Below the pieces are notes generated by a model. The model was not told the DNA's origin. It saw only the letters and a list, made by a program, of their open reading frames with translations, and made no database searches. 64,000 bases of DNA, from assembly GCA_937899245.1 (NCBI GenBank), contig CALDKB010000049.1, forward strand, positions 133,101 through 197,100. The letters run 5' to 3'. This DNA is from an uncultured Bacteroidales bacterium (GTDB lineage Bacteria > Bacteroidota > Bacteroidia > Bacteroidales > ML635J-15). Below, piece by piece: positions 10,740 through 19,987 of this stretch (positions are counted from its first letter, which is position 1; each line of letters opens with the position of its first letter). Made by a program: the position numbers and the translations under genes.

Positions 10740-10747
10740 TAGTTTTG
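10740..10747 (+). promoter_or_regulatory. -7 promoter box TAGTTTTG
   Basis: TAnnTTTG match 31 nt upstream of ATG 10778. Confidence 0.35.
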
Positions 10748-10777
10748 TAGTCTAATTTTTGTAAAAACATATTCCTT

Positions 10778-11953
10778 ATGAATAGATTCAGTTTAACGAC
10801 GATATTTCTTTTGTTATCAGCGCTTTGCTGTTATTCGCAAATACAGGTGCTTAAGGTTTCCGACCATGAAGCTCAGGTGAAAACCAACGCGTTGATGTAC
10901 TATTTGCCTCAATCAACTTTGGAAATCACGCTAAAAGTTACTGCAGAAACCTTTGTTCCTGGACCTTATGCAAAATATGCTGAAAAATATTTGAGCATTA
11001 AGAATGTAGCGACTACTCCAAGCTACAATGTCAAAATAGAAAGCGTTGGTGTTGAACATATTACTCAGCCAGATCCAACGGCTTGCTTTGCTGTTGCAGG
11101 CAAGCAGATGTCGAAAGTTAAATTCAACCATTTCGGTATCATAACGGGCTATAACACAACGAGCGATGATTGTGAGCCCAGCAGTGTCCTTGCAAACAAA
11201 TGCTGTTCTAATGGCGCATCAATGTCGCATATTCCAGATTTTGTGGATTATGGTGTGAAGCGTAACTTTACCGGCAATACAGACACCACGTATAAGGTTG
11301 TAGAGATTGACTCTGTGTTCCAAAAAATTCCAGTATACAACAAAGTAATTATAAGCAAAGATGAAGAGACAAAGGCAGAAGAAGCTGTAAATTATATAAT
11401 TAAGATAAGGAAACGCCTATTTAAAATTATCACGGCCCAGTTTGAAACCGAGACTCCGCCGTCCGACATAAAAATAATGGTCGAAGAATTGAAACAGCTT
11501 GAAAAACACTATTTGGAACTCTTTGTTGGAAAGGTCGTTACCAATACAATGGAATATGTTTTCTATTATACGCCTCAGTCAGATTTAACTGAAGAACGTG
11601 TGCCTTTGCTGTATGTTACAAGCGAAAACGATATTAAGATGCAGAAAGTTGATGGGGCTGAGCCGATTAGCATTGTCCTCAAGAATTCGCCAGCAGCTTC
11701 TGAAGTTTCAAATTTTTATGGGCGTCAGGAGTTGTTGAAAAAGAAGGAAAAATCATGCGGCTTGTTCTATAGGATACCATCGCTTGTTACATTGACAGTT
11801 GACTATAAGGATTTTACGTATTACTCAGGCGTTGTAGAAGTTCCCCAGTGCGGATATCTTGGCCATTTGCCTGCTGACATTTTCAAGAACAAGAACCTTC
11901 GTGTGGATTTTGATGCCAAATCTGGGGCTGTTAAGGGGATGTACACAAAATAG
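10778..11953 (+). CDS. Hypothetical secreted protein
   Basis: 391-aa ORF with the signal peptide MNRFSLTTIFLLLSALCCYSQ. No catalytic motif was recognised. It is directly upstream of a beta-barrel OMP gene. Confidence 0.6.
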   Translation: MNRFSLTTIFLLLSALCCYSQIQVLKVSDHEAQVKTNALMYYLPQSTLEITLKVTAETFVPGPYAKYAEKYLSIKNVATTPSYNVKIESVGVEHITQPDPTACFAVAGKQMSKVKFNHFGIITGYNTTSDDCEPSSVLANKCCSNGASMSHIPDFVDYGVKRNFTGNTDTTYKVVEIDSVFQKIPVYNKVIISKDEETKAEEAVNYIIKIRKRLFKIITAQFETETPPSDIKIMVEELKQLEKHYLELFVGKVVTNTMEYVFYYTPQSDLTEERVPLLYVTSENDIKMQKVDGAEPISIVLKNSPAASEVSNFYGRQELLKKKEKSCGLFYRIPSLVTLTVDYKDFTYYSGVVEVPQCGYLGHLPADIFKNKNLRVDFDAKSGAVKGMYTK

Positions 11954-12040
11954 TTGAATTTGAATTGCGGACAAAATTTAATATTAGTTTGTGATTATCA
12001 AAAAACAAGAAGACACGACTCGTCGTGTCTTCGCCATATT

Positions 12041-13708
12041 GTGAGACGTATCAACTTGCTTTGTGTCGTTTTGTCGCTGTGCTTTGTGTGCAACGGTGTG
12101 TTTTCGCAGAGTCTGAAAGTCTATGTGAGGGACTCCGCTCCTGAAAATTATGTGCTAGATGCTTGCAAGCGTTATAACGACACGACATTTGCGTATTCTT
12201 ATATTGGCAAATATATTTCAAAATTGACGTCCAAATCGTTTGTAGAGGCTGGATGTGATAGCATTGTTATTGATAGCATGGAAATGTCGGCTTATGTGAC
12301 ACGGGGAAAGTCGTATGAAAATGTAAATGTCGATTGCTCCGAATTGCCTGACAGGTTTAAGGTGAGAAGTGACAGACCGATAGATTATTATATCAACCTG
12401 TGCGATAGAGTCGTCGACTATTATTCTAATTCGGGTTATCTGTTTGCAAAGGCAGGTCTTGATAGTGTTTCTTTTGGCCAAGGAACATTTTCTGCCAAAA
12501 TTATAGTTGATCGTAGTTGCAGAATAGAAATAGACAGTCTGATAGTCATGGGTGATGCGAAAATCACTAATAACTATCTTGAACGAAGTCTTGAGCTAAG
12601 AAAGGGAAAGGTGTTGGATTTCTCTAAGATAAGTAAGATTGATGCCAGGCTGAACAATATGCCGTTTCTGGAGCAGGAGAAGGCGTATCAGCTTGCGTTT
12701 TCCGACTGCAAGTCTGACGTTATGCTTTTTCTAAAAAAAAAGAAGGCAAGTGCATTTAGCGGAGTACTTGGGTTGATGCCGCAAAGCCAGACTACTGGAA
12801 AGCTTATGGTTACAGGTGATATAGACTTGTCTTTGGTCAACGTGTTTCATCGTGGCGAGAACTTTAATTTTGCATGGAAAAAATATGAAACGCAAAATCA
12901 AACATTAAATGTTGGTGGCAGTTTCCCGCATGTCTTCAAGTCGCCGTTAGGGCTGGGGGGCGACTTCAATTTGGAGAAAAAAGACTCTTCTTATTTGAAG
13001 ACTGATTTTGTTGGAAAGATAATAATTGGGAATTCGTCGGATGTCATGTACAGCCTTTATTACAAGTATGTGTCGTCGTTTCCGATTTCCAAGGTGACGA
13101 ACGATACTTCAGGCAATTTTGCAAGTTTGTCAACTAATATGGCAGGTGTCAGTTTGTTTTTCCGCAATGTTGACAATGCAAGGAATCCGTATAGGGGCGT
13201 AGTCCTCTCTTTGTCGGCTGATGCGGGTCAAAAGAAGGGAAAATCTGACGAGTTTGGAGGAAATATGTTTGCTGCAACAGTTCAATACAGTGTTGACGGA
13301 TACATAGGATTGTGTCCGAAGCTGACACTCCGCTTGCGTAACGACTCGTATTATGCTTATGGCAGCTCGATGTACGACAACGAACTTTTGTACGTGGGCG
13401 GGCTTAGGACAATAAGAGGTTTTGATGAACTGTCGTTGCCTGCAACGTTCTACACGCTTGCAAGTGCTGAAGTTAGGTTCCTGTTTGAGGAAAATTCAGC
13501 GGTTTATTTGCTGTCCGATTATATGTTCCTTGGCAAGAAAAATACGCTGTCGGATTGCGCAAATCATGCGTTGGGAGTTGGCGTCGGTTTGGATTTGAAC
13601 ACTCCAGCAGGCGTGTTCTCTCTGGTTTATGCCGTCGGCAAATGGAACGACAATCCTTTTAGCATAAGGAATTCCAAAATACATTTTGGTTACAAAAGTT
13701 ATTTTTAA
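12041..13708 (+). CDS. Outer-membrane beta-barrel protein (surface antigen D15 / BamA-like family)
   Basis: The C-terminal half shows alternating beta-strand patterns and ends in ...KIHFGYKSYF, a terminal aromatic residue typical of OMPs. A GTG start at 12041 gives the signal peptide MRRINLLCVVLSLCFVCNGVFSQ. The TTG 11954 start in the ORF track would read through a perfect hairpin at 12011-12030. Confidence 0.65.
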   Translation: MRRINLLCVVLSLCFVCNGVFSQSLKVYVRDSAPENYVLDACKRYNDTTFAYSYIGKYISKLTSKSFVEAGCDSIVIDSMEMSAYVTRGKSYENVNVDCSELPDRFKVRSDRPIDYYINLCDRVVDYYSNSGYLFAKAGLDSVSFGQGTFSAKIIVDRSCRIEIDSLIVMGDAKITNNYLERSLELRKGKVLDFSKISKIDARLNNMPFLEQEKAYQLAFSDCKSDVMLFLKKKKASAFSGVLGLMPQSQTTGKLMVTGDIDLSLVNVFHRGENFNFAWKKYETQNQTLNVGGSFPHVFKSPLGLGGDFNLEKKDSSYLKTDFVGKIIIGNSSDVMYSLYYKYVSSFPISKVTNDTSGNFASLSTNMAGVSLFFRNVDNARNPYRGVVLSLSADAGQKKGKSDEFGGNMFAATVQYSVDGYIGLCPKLTLRLRNDSYYAYGSSMYDNELLYVGGLRTIRGFDELSLPATFYTLASAEVRFLFEENSAVYLLSDYMFLGKKNTLSDCANHALGVGVGLDLNTPAGVFSLVYAVGKWNDNPFSIRNSKIHFGYKSYF

Positions 13709-13733
13709 AAAAATGATTTTGTGAAAAAAATGA

Positions 13734-13741
13734 TACTTTTG
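13734..13741 (+). promoter_or_regulatory. -7 promoter box TACTTTTG upstream of the sensor kinase
   Basis: TAnnTTTG match 24 nt upstream of ATG 13765. Confidence 0.4.
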
Positions 13742-13764
13742 CAAATCGAATCATTTAATAGTTT

Positions 13765-14781
13765 ATGAAAAGGCAGTCGGGTATGGTAAAGATTCCTGTG
13801 GGCAGGTTTTCGATATGCTTTGCGGCTTATTTGGCCGTTCTGCTACTGAATATTAGCCTAATTCGGGAAGTGTGTGTTGAGGACTGTGCGTTCATCGCAA
13901 TATTTTTGTTTAAGGATTTTTTGCTTGTCGGCTTTATGTGCATTATAGTCGGCATGATAATTAAAGCACATAGTGGAAGAAAGCTGAATTATTCTCCTGT
14001 TATACTAATGCTTGAGCAAATAGTTAATGTCGGGATTTCGATTTTGATAGTTCGCGCATTGTTCGGCGAAATTGGCATTGAGGTTATGTTTGCCATCGAA
14101 TTGTCGGTTTTGTATAATGTCGTTGCTTCTTCAATCTGCTGTGTGAAAATGGTTAACGACGAACATTTGAATAACCTGTCGAGACTTGAAAAGGAGAAGC
14201 ATGATCTGGAGCTGTATTATCTAAATCTGCAGCTAAATCCGCATTTTCTTTTTAACACGCTGAATGTCATATATGTCCAGTCGAGAAAAGAAAAGGCGAG
14301 AAATACTGCTGATATGGTCATGTCGCTGTCGGACCTTTTGAGGTATCAGCTATATGAGAGTGTCGATAAAAAGGTAATGCTTAAGTCGGAAGTCAAATTT
14401 CTTGAGAATTACATAGACCTTCAGAAAATGAGGCAAATGGACATTGACATTGATTATAAAAAGGAAGGTGATTTCGACGGCGTAATGATATACCCGTTTT
14501 TATGCATTTCTTTTTTGGAAAATGCCTTTAAGTATGTTAATGTTAATAAAGATGGTGAAAAAAATATAAATATTCTTATTGCAGTTGAGAAAAAAAACGT
14601 TTTCTTTGTAGTAAGAAACACAATGAATGAGGAGTCGCAAGCTTCTACTTCGGAAAGGTCCAGCAAGATAGGCATACAGAATGCCAAGAAACGTCTGGAA
14701 CTTTTGTACAATGGCAAGTACGAGCTTAATATCGATTCCGATGGCAAGTATTTTAATGTTGAACTAAAAATAGAATTTTAA
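13765..14781 (+). CDS. Membrane sensor histidine kinase, LytS/YehU (His_kinase PF06580-type) family
   Basis: Hydrophobic multi-TM N-terminus, followed by LQLNPHFLFNTLNVIY (phospho-acceptor His region) and a HATPase-like C-terminus. Confidence 0.8.
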   Translation: MKRQSGMVKIPVGRFSICFAAYLAVLLLNISLIREVCVEDCAFIAIFLFKDFLLVGFMCIIVGMIIKAHSGRKLNYSPVILMLEQIVNVGISILIVRALFGEIGIEVMFAIELSVLYNVVASSICCVKMVNDEHLNNLSRLEKEKHDLELYYLNLQLNPHFLFNTLNVIYVQSRKEKARNTADMVMSLSDLLRYQLYESVDKKVMLKSEVKFLENYIDLQKMRQMDIDIDYKKEGDFDGVMIYPFLCISFLENAFKYVNVNKDGEKNINILIAVEKKNVFFVVRNTMNEESQASTSERSSKIGIQNAKKRLELLYNGKYELNIDSDGKYFNVELKIEF

Positions 14782-14782
14782 A

Positions 14783-15496
14783 ATGATTAAATGTATTATT
14801 GTTGACGACGAGCCTCTTGCACGTGAAGGCATGAGAATGAACGTTGAAGAACTCGACAATTTGAAATTGTTGGGCGAATTTGGAAGTGCTGCAGAAGCTA
14901 GCAAGTTCTTACTGAAGAACAAGGTTGACTTGATGTTCCTTGACATTGAAATGCCAGGTACAAACGGTCTCGATTTCTTGAGAACTCTTGATAGACCGCC
15001 TATGGTAATACTTACTACAGCATATCCTCAGTATGCAGTTGAAGCATACGAACTCGACGTTGTTGACTATTTGGTAAAGCCAATTAAGTTTGAACGCTTT
15101 GTAAGAGCCGTTGCTAAGGCAGAAGAAACATTGAAGATGTCTTCTTGTCCAAGTGTTATCGACGCTATTGAAGATAAATTCATCTTCATTAAGTCTGAAA
15201 GAAAGTATGTAAAGGTAACATTTGACGAATTGTTGTTCATCGAAGGTCTTAAGGATTATGTTATTATCCATGCTACTCACGGCAAGTACATGACTGCCAT
15301 GAATGTAAAGACCATCTACAACAAGCTTCCGGAAAGCATATTCTTCAGAGTAAGCAAGTCGTACATCATCAACGTTAACCACATTGATGACATTGACGGT
15401 GCATATATTAACATTAAGGGTAGCCAAGTTCCAATCGGACGTTCTTATAGAGACACGTTTGTTGAATATATTAACACACGTTTGGTTAGAAGATAA
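14783..15496 (+). CDS. LytR/AlgR (LytTR) family response regulator
   Basis: Receiver domain (IIVDDEP...DLMFLDIEMPG...TAY) plus a LytTR DNA-binding domain (IFIKSERKYVKV...FFRVSKSYIINVNHI). It starts 2 nt after the kinase stop. Confidence 0.9.
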   Translation: MIKCIIVDDEPLAREGMRMNVEELDNLKLLGEFGSAAEASKFLLKNKVDLMFLDIEMPGTNGLDFLRTLDRPPMVILTTAYPQYAVEAYELDVVDYLVKPIKFERFVRAVAKAEETLKMSSCPSVIDAIEDKFIFIKSERKYVKVTFDELLFIEGLKDYVIIHATHGKYMTAMNVKTIYNKLPESIFFRVSKSYIINVNHIDDIDGAYINIKGSQVPIGRSYRDTFVEYINTRLVRR

Positions 15497-15511
15497 CACT
15501 TCCTTAATAAA

Positions 15512-15556
15512 AACAAAAAAAATAATACCATATTATTGTGGTATTATTTTTTTTTG
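15512..15556 (+). terminator. Rho-independent terminator after the two-component operon
   Basis: A 10-bp stem AATAATACCA (15521-15530) / TGGTATTATT (15539-15548) with an 8-nt loop, followed by a T8 run. Confidence 0.8.
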
Positions 15557-15564
15557 TATCTTTG
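15557..15564 (+). promoter_or_regulatory. -7 promoter box TATCTTTG for the HPt-like gene
   Basis: TAnnTTTG match immediately after the terminator and 13 nt upstream of ATG 15577. Confidence 0.45.
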
Positions 15565-15576
15565 ACTTTGGTACTT

Positions 15577-15921
15577 ATGGAAAAAGTAAAAGTTGACATA
15601 GATGCCCTTATGGAGCGAACGGCTTTCGACAAGCAACTTGCTGGAGAATTGCTTGCGTGCTTGGAAAGTGATTTGCAGGAAAAGAAGAAAGCTCTAGTGT
15701 CGGCAGCTAGCGATGCTAACAGACAGCAGATGTTGGCTTTGCTTCATGCATTTAAGGGCGAAATAGGAATCTTCGGGTTTGTCAGTATTGATGGCCTTAT
15801 CGTCAGCTTGGAGCTTGAAATAAAAAATAGTGCCGATGCAAACTATGCGGAACGCTTTGACGAACTCTTTGCATCCATTGAAAAGCATATAGTTGAATTG
15901 AAAAAAATACTAAATAAATAA
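15577..15921 (+). CDS. Small stand-alone HPt (histidine phosphotransfer)-like protein
   Basis: 114 aa and predicted all-helical. It contains LLHAFKGEIGIFG, matching the HxxKG(x)5G phosphohistidine motif of HPt domains. The 15538 start in the ORF track lies inside the terminator. Confidence 0.55.
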   Translation: MEKVKVDIDALMERTAFDKQLAGELLACLESDLQEKKKALVSAASDANRQQMLALLHAFKGEIGIFGFVSIDGLIVSLELEIKNSADANYAERFDELFASIEKHIVELKKILNK

Positions 15922-15933
15922 AAACAGAGAAAT

Positions 15934-17076
15934 ATGGGACTATTTACAAAACTGAAAAATGAGTTCATCGACATTATCGAATGGCTTGATTCGAGTAATG
16001 ACACTATTGTATATCGTTTTGAGCGATATCAGAATGAGATAAAGATGGGAGCGAAACTTACCGTAAGGGAGTCTCAAGTTGCAGTGTTTATAAATGAGGG
16101 TCAGATTGCTGATGTATTTCAGCCTGGCATGTATACACTAACAACCGAGAACATGCCAATCCTTTCTACATTGAAGGGTTGGAAATATGGTTTCAACAGC
16201 CCGTTCAAGGCAGAAGTTTATTTTGTAAACACAAAGAAATTCCTTGACAACAAATGGGGAACTCCAAATCCGGTCATGATGCGCGATCCAGAATTTGGTC
16301 CTATACGCTTGAGAGCTTTTGGTGTATATGAATATAGGGTGGAAGATGCCGCAAAGTTCATTAAGGATGTTGTTGGTACCGATGGCGACTTTACAGTTGA
16401 CAAGATTAACAACCAGTTGAGAAACATTATTATAACCCGTTTCACTGATGCAGTTGGCGAATCCAAGATTCCTGTATTGGACATGGCGTCAAACTACAAC
16501 GAATTTTCTGAAAAGATAGGTCAGGTTATCATAGACGAATATAAGGAATATGGTTTGAACATGACCAAGTTCCTTGTGTCGAACATCAGTCTCCCAGAAG
16601 AAGTTGAAAAGATGCTCGACAAACGTTCAAGCATGGGTATTCTTGGCGACATGGGAAAATACACTCAGTTCCAGGCCGCAAATGCAATGGAAGCAGCAGC
16701 AACAAACCCTGGTGGCGGAGCGGCAGCTTCAGGCATGGGCATGGGTATGGGATTTGCAATGGCAGGACAGATGATGAATGCCATGAATCCTCAGCAGCAG
16801 ATGTATCAGCAGTCGCAGCAACAGCAAATGGCACCACCGCCTATGCCGGCTCAGTCGACATATTTTGTCGCAGTAAACGGCCAGCAGTCGGGACCTTATA
16901 ATATGGGTGCTTTGCAGGGAATGGTTGCTAATGGACAATTGACTAGGGAATCTTTGGTATGGAAGCAGGGAATGCCGGCATGGGCTGCAGCAGGAATTGT
17001 TCCTGAATTGTCGGCTTTGTTTGGCGCCGTGCCACCTCCAATGCCGGGTCAGGTGCCACCAATACCAGGTATGTAA
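15934..17076 (+). CDS. SPFH/band-7 domain protein with Q/P/M-rich linker and C-terminal GYF_2-like domain
   Basis: The N-terminal ~250 aa resemble the YdjI/'virion core protein'-type SPFH family. Then comes a low-complexity stretch GGGAAASGMGMGMGFAMAGQMMNAMNPQQQMYQQSQQQQMAPPPMP, followed by YFVAVNGQQSGPYNMGALQGMVANGQLTRESLVWKQGMPAWAAA (GYF_2 pattern). Confidence 0.72.
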   Translation: MGLFTKLKNEFIDIIEWLDSSNDTIVYRFERYQNEIKMGAKLTVRESQVAVFINEGQIADVFQPGMYTLTTENMPILSTLKGWKYGFNSPFKAEVYFVNTKKFLDNKWGTPNPVMMRDPEFGPIRLRAFGVYEYRVEDAAKFIKDVVGTDGDFTVDKINNQLRNIIITRFTDAVGESKIPVLDMASNYNEFSEKIGQVIIDEYKEYGLNMTKFLVSNISLPEEVEKMLDKRSSMGILGDMGKYTQFQAANAMEAAATNPGGGAAASGMGMGMGFAMAGQMMNAMNPQQQMYQQSQQQQMAPPPMPAQSTYFVAVNGQQSGPYNMGALQGMVANGQLTRESLVWKQGMPAWAAAGIVPELSALFGAVPPPMPGQVPPIPGM

Positions 17077-17102
17077 AATCGAATTATTAAAACTATAATG
17101 TT

Positions 17103-17486
17103 ATGAAATTAAGGTGTTTTTTATTGGTAGCTTTTGCTGCATTGACTTTAAGCGCTCAGTCGCAGGTACTTACCGCAAATGAAGTCCCCGAAGGATTAAA
17201 TCCGGAAGAATATCAATTTCCAAGGATGGAAGAATTCGAACAGCAGATGCCGAAGGATGCGGACTTATGCTCCGTATCGTTTGAAAACGCAACTGGATAT
17301 TATGTCGATGTATGGATTGACAAATCATACAAGGGCAGAATCACACCTTGGAAACGCATGGCAATAAAACTTGCAACTAAGGAATATGAAATATATTTCA
17401 GGACAAGTGGCGGTACTTTCCAGTGGTATTCAAAGGGCGATTGCGAAAGTGCATTCGTTTTGGAGGTAGAGGAAGAGGAAGAATAG
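17103..17486 (+). CDS. Hypothetical small secreted protein
   Basis: 127-aa ORF with the signal peptide MKLRCFLLVAFAALTLSAQS and an acidic C-terminal tail EVEEEEE. No recognisable domain. Confidence 0.5.
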   Translation: MKLRCFLLVAFAALTLSAQSQVLTANEVPEGLNPEEYQFPRMEEFEQQMPKDADLCSVSFENATGYYVDVWIDKSYKGRITPWKRMAIKLATKEYEIYFRTSGGTFQWYSKGDCESAFVLEVEEEEE

Positions 17487-17488
17487 TA

Positions 17489-18529
17489 ATGCCGATAATT
17501 AGTGCCTTTGCAAAAGAACTTGCTATATTCTCAGAGAGATTGACTCTTTCTGAGAATATAGTTATTATACACCATTATAATCCTGATGGCGATGCCGTCG
17601 GCTCTTCTTTGGGATTATATAATGCGATAAAGCAGATGGGGAAAAAAGTTCAGGTCATAAGCCCGACTATTTTCCCTGACAATTTGAAATGGCTTCCTTG
17701 CGCCGATAAAATCAAGGTGCTAGGAAAAAAAACACAAAAGGACGATAGTCTCTTTGATGATGTCGACATGATAATATGCGTCGATTTAAACGCAAGGAAT
17801 CGTGTGGGAAATATACGTCCGCAATTTGAAAGTTCTAAGGCTTATAAAGTTGTTTTTGACCACCATCCGTATGTCGAGGACTTTACGGATCTGGCTATAG
17901 AAGACACAACATACTCCTCTGCATGTGAACTTGTCTTCGAGGTCATTGAAAATACTTTCCTTAACCAATACTTTAATAAGGATGTCATGACATGCCTATA
18001 TACAGGCATACTAACTGACACTGGCTCTTTTCAGTATAACTCGTCCAATCCGAATCTTTTCAGGATTGTAGGGAAAATAATGGAATATGGAATCGAAAAG
18101 AACCAGATCTACAACAAGCTGTTTAATGCATGGTCGGAAAATCGCACCCGCTTTATGGGGTTTGCAATGCTTAACCGAATGGTTGTAATGCCAGAATATA
18201 AGACTGCTTACATATATATTACGGCAGACGACAGAAAAAAATTCAACGAGCAATTTGGCGACACGGAGAATTTTGTGAATCTGCCGATGCAGATAAAAGG
18301 TATCGTATTTACCGCCATATTTATTGAAAGGGACAACTTTGTAAAAGCAAGCTTCCGTTCGAAAGGAACTTTCGACGTTAACTTGTTCAGTTCAAGACAT
18401 TTTAATGGTGGTGGACATATAAACGCTTCTGGTGGAGAAAGTTACGAACAATTGTCGGTCGTGTGCCAAAAATTCGAAAGTCTAGTTAAGGGCGAATATT
18501 CCGATGAGTTGTTGAACTATATCTATTGA
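17489..18529 (+). CDS. nrnA: DHH-family phosphoesterase (NrnA-like oligoribonuclease / pAp phosphatase)
   Basis: DHH motifs HHYNPDGDAVGS, CVDLN, FDHHP and GILTDTGSF, plus DHHA1 GGGHINASGG. ATG 17489 is chosen because it follows the stop of the upstream gene. Confidence 0.8.
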   Translation: MPIISAFAKELAIFSERLTLSENIVIIHHYNPDGDAVGSSLGLYNAIKQMGKKVQVISPTIFPDNLKWLPCADKIKVLGKKTQKDDSLFDDVDMIICVDLNARNRVGNIRPQFESSKAYKVVFDHHPYVEDFTDLAIEDTTYSSACELVFEVIENTFLNQYFNKDVMTCLYTGILTDTGSFQYNSSNPNLFRIVGKIMEYGIEKNQIYNKLFNAWSENRTRFMGFAMLNRMVVMPEYKTAYIYITADDRKKFNEQFGDTENFVNLPMQIKGIVFTAIFIERDNFVKASFRSKGTFDVNLFSSRHFNGGGHINASGGESYEQLSVVCQKFESLVKGEYSDELLNYIY

Positions 18530-18533
18530 TTCC

Positions 18534-19124
18534 GTGAGAAAAGTTCTAACATATTTATTTGTTTTCACATGCTTGTTTGCCTTGTTGTCGTGCAGTTCGA
18601 AAAAAGAACCGGCCGAAACAAAGGTGCCGTACTCGCAAATAAAAAACGAGAACAAAGAGGAAACGATAAAGATAAACCACGATATGCTTGATGTAAATCG
18701 AGATGTAATAAACAAGTATATAGAACGTCACAAATGGCAGATGACTGAAACCGAAACAGGATTGTTCTATATGATTTACGGAAAGTCTAATGGTGTAGAA
18801 GTGAAAAGTGGCGACGAAGTCGAATTTACATATAAGACTACACTTTTGAATGGAGATGTGCTGTACGATTCGGAAACATTGGGCAACAGGAAGTTGACTA
18901 TTGACAAGAACCAGGAGGAGGCGGGGTTGAATGAAGGTCTAAAGTTAATGAATGAAGGTGAAAGTGCCTATTTTATTATTCCTCCGCATTTGGCTTTCGG
19001 CGTGCCGGGCGATTCGTACAAAGTGCCTCCTTATTCGGTACTAATCTATGATGTAAAGATTATAAAAGTGAAATCGCCTAATGATAATTTAGATATTGAA
19101 TCCAACGGTCAAGTTGTATTATGA
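18534..19124 (+). CDS. FKBP-type peptidyl-prolyl cis-trans isomerase (lipoprotein-like)
   Basis: GTG start, a lipobox-like LLSCSS, and an FKBP_C pattern GDEVEFTYKTTLLNGDVLYDS...FIIPPHLAFG...LIYDVKIIKV. Confidence 0.8.
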   Translation: MRKVLTYLFVFTCLFALLSCSSKKEPAETKVPYSQIKNENKEETIKINHDMLDVNRDVINKYIERHKWQMTETETGLFYMIYGKSNGVEVKSGDEVEFTYKTTLLNGDVLYDSETLGNRKLTIDKNQEEAGLNEGLKLMNEGESAYFIIPPHLAFGVPGDSYKVPPYSVLIYDVKIIKVKSPNDNLDIESNGQVVL

Positions 19125-19987
19125 CAAGAAGAATATTTTATGCGATATTTGCGCTTTCGGCAGCATTGATTTCCTCGTGTGGCGACAAGTATGGAGATTT
19201 TGAGGTTGCAGAGTCTGGGTTGAACTACAGGATTGTTGAAGAAAATGTTGAAGGAAACACACCTCAGCTTGGTGATATTCTGGAACTTAAATATTCGTAT
19301 GAAATTGAAAACGGCAAGGTGCTGTTTAATTCTGAAAATGATGGGAAAAGGTATCTGAAAAAGTTGGAAAAACCTGCGCATCTTGGTGGAAGCATCGAAG
19401 ATGGACTGGCAATGATGCACGAAGGAGATTCGGCTATATTTAAAATTACGGCAGAGAATTTTATGCTGTTTTCGGAGAAAAATGGCAAATTGCCAGAAGG
19501 TGTAAATGCTCTGGACCAAATAATTATAAAGGTTCGTCTAGTCGATATAATGGATAAGAACGACATGGAAATGTACATGGCGTCTTCATACCATAGTGGA
19601 GAAGAGAAAGAACTTGAAATTCTTGAAAATTATATAAAAAATGCAAACATCACAGAAGAGCCGACTTCAAGTGGTGTATATATAGTTGTAAATGAAGAGG
19701 GTAGAGGCGATTGCATAGCCGACGGTGATGTTGTTACGCTAAACTACACGTTGACACTTGTAGATGGCGTTTTGGTAGAGACTACACTTGGAAACGAACC
19801 TATGGTTTATGTCGTTGGACGTGACAGGATGATACCGGGATGGGAAGAAGCCATGTCTAGGCTAAAAAAAGGTTCTTCCGCCCAATTCATAATTCCGTCA
19901 AAAATGGCGTATGGTTCAGCCGGGAAGGGCAATATTTTGCCATACTCAACGTTAATATTTGACATTGATATTATTGATGTGCAATGA
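19121..19987 (+). CDS. FKBP-type peptidyl-prolyl cis-trans isomerase (two FKBP-like modules)
   Basis: The C-terminal module reads GDVVTLNYTLTLVDGVLVETT...MIPGWEEAMSRLKKGSSAQFIIPSKMAYG...LIFDIDIIDV. There is a 4-nt ATGA overlap with the upstream gene. Confidence 0.82.
   Translation: MTRRIFYAIFALSAALISSCGDKYGDFEVAESGLNYRIVEENVEGNTPQLGDILELKYSYEIENGKVLFNSENDGKRYLKKLEKPAHLGGSIEDGLAMMHEGDSAIFKITAENFMLFSEKNGKLPEGVNALDQIIIKVRLVDIMDKNDMEMYMASSYHSGEEKELEILENYIKNANITEEPTSSGVYIVVNEEGRGDCIADGDVVTLNYTLTLVDGVLVETTLGNEPMVYVVGRDRMIPGWEEAMSRLKKGSSAQFIIPSKMAYGSAGKGNILPYSTLIFDIDIIDVQ

Noticed and set aside
14909-15499. 196-aa minus-strand ORF
   Set aside because: It is antisense to the LytTR response regulator gene. 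It is a shadow ORF with no motif.
16730-17076. Repetitive-looking DNA (CAG/CCA-rich) suggestive of a tandem repeat
   Set aside because: It is the coding sequence of the Gln/Pro/Met-rich linker of the SPFH protein. This is low-complexity protein-coding sequence, not a tandem DNA repeat or CRISPR array.
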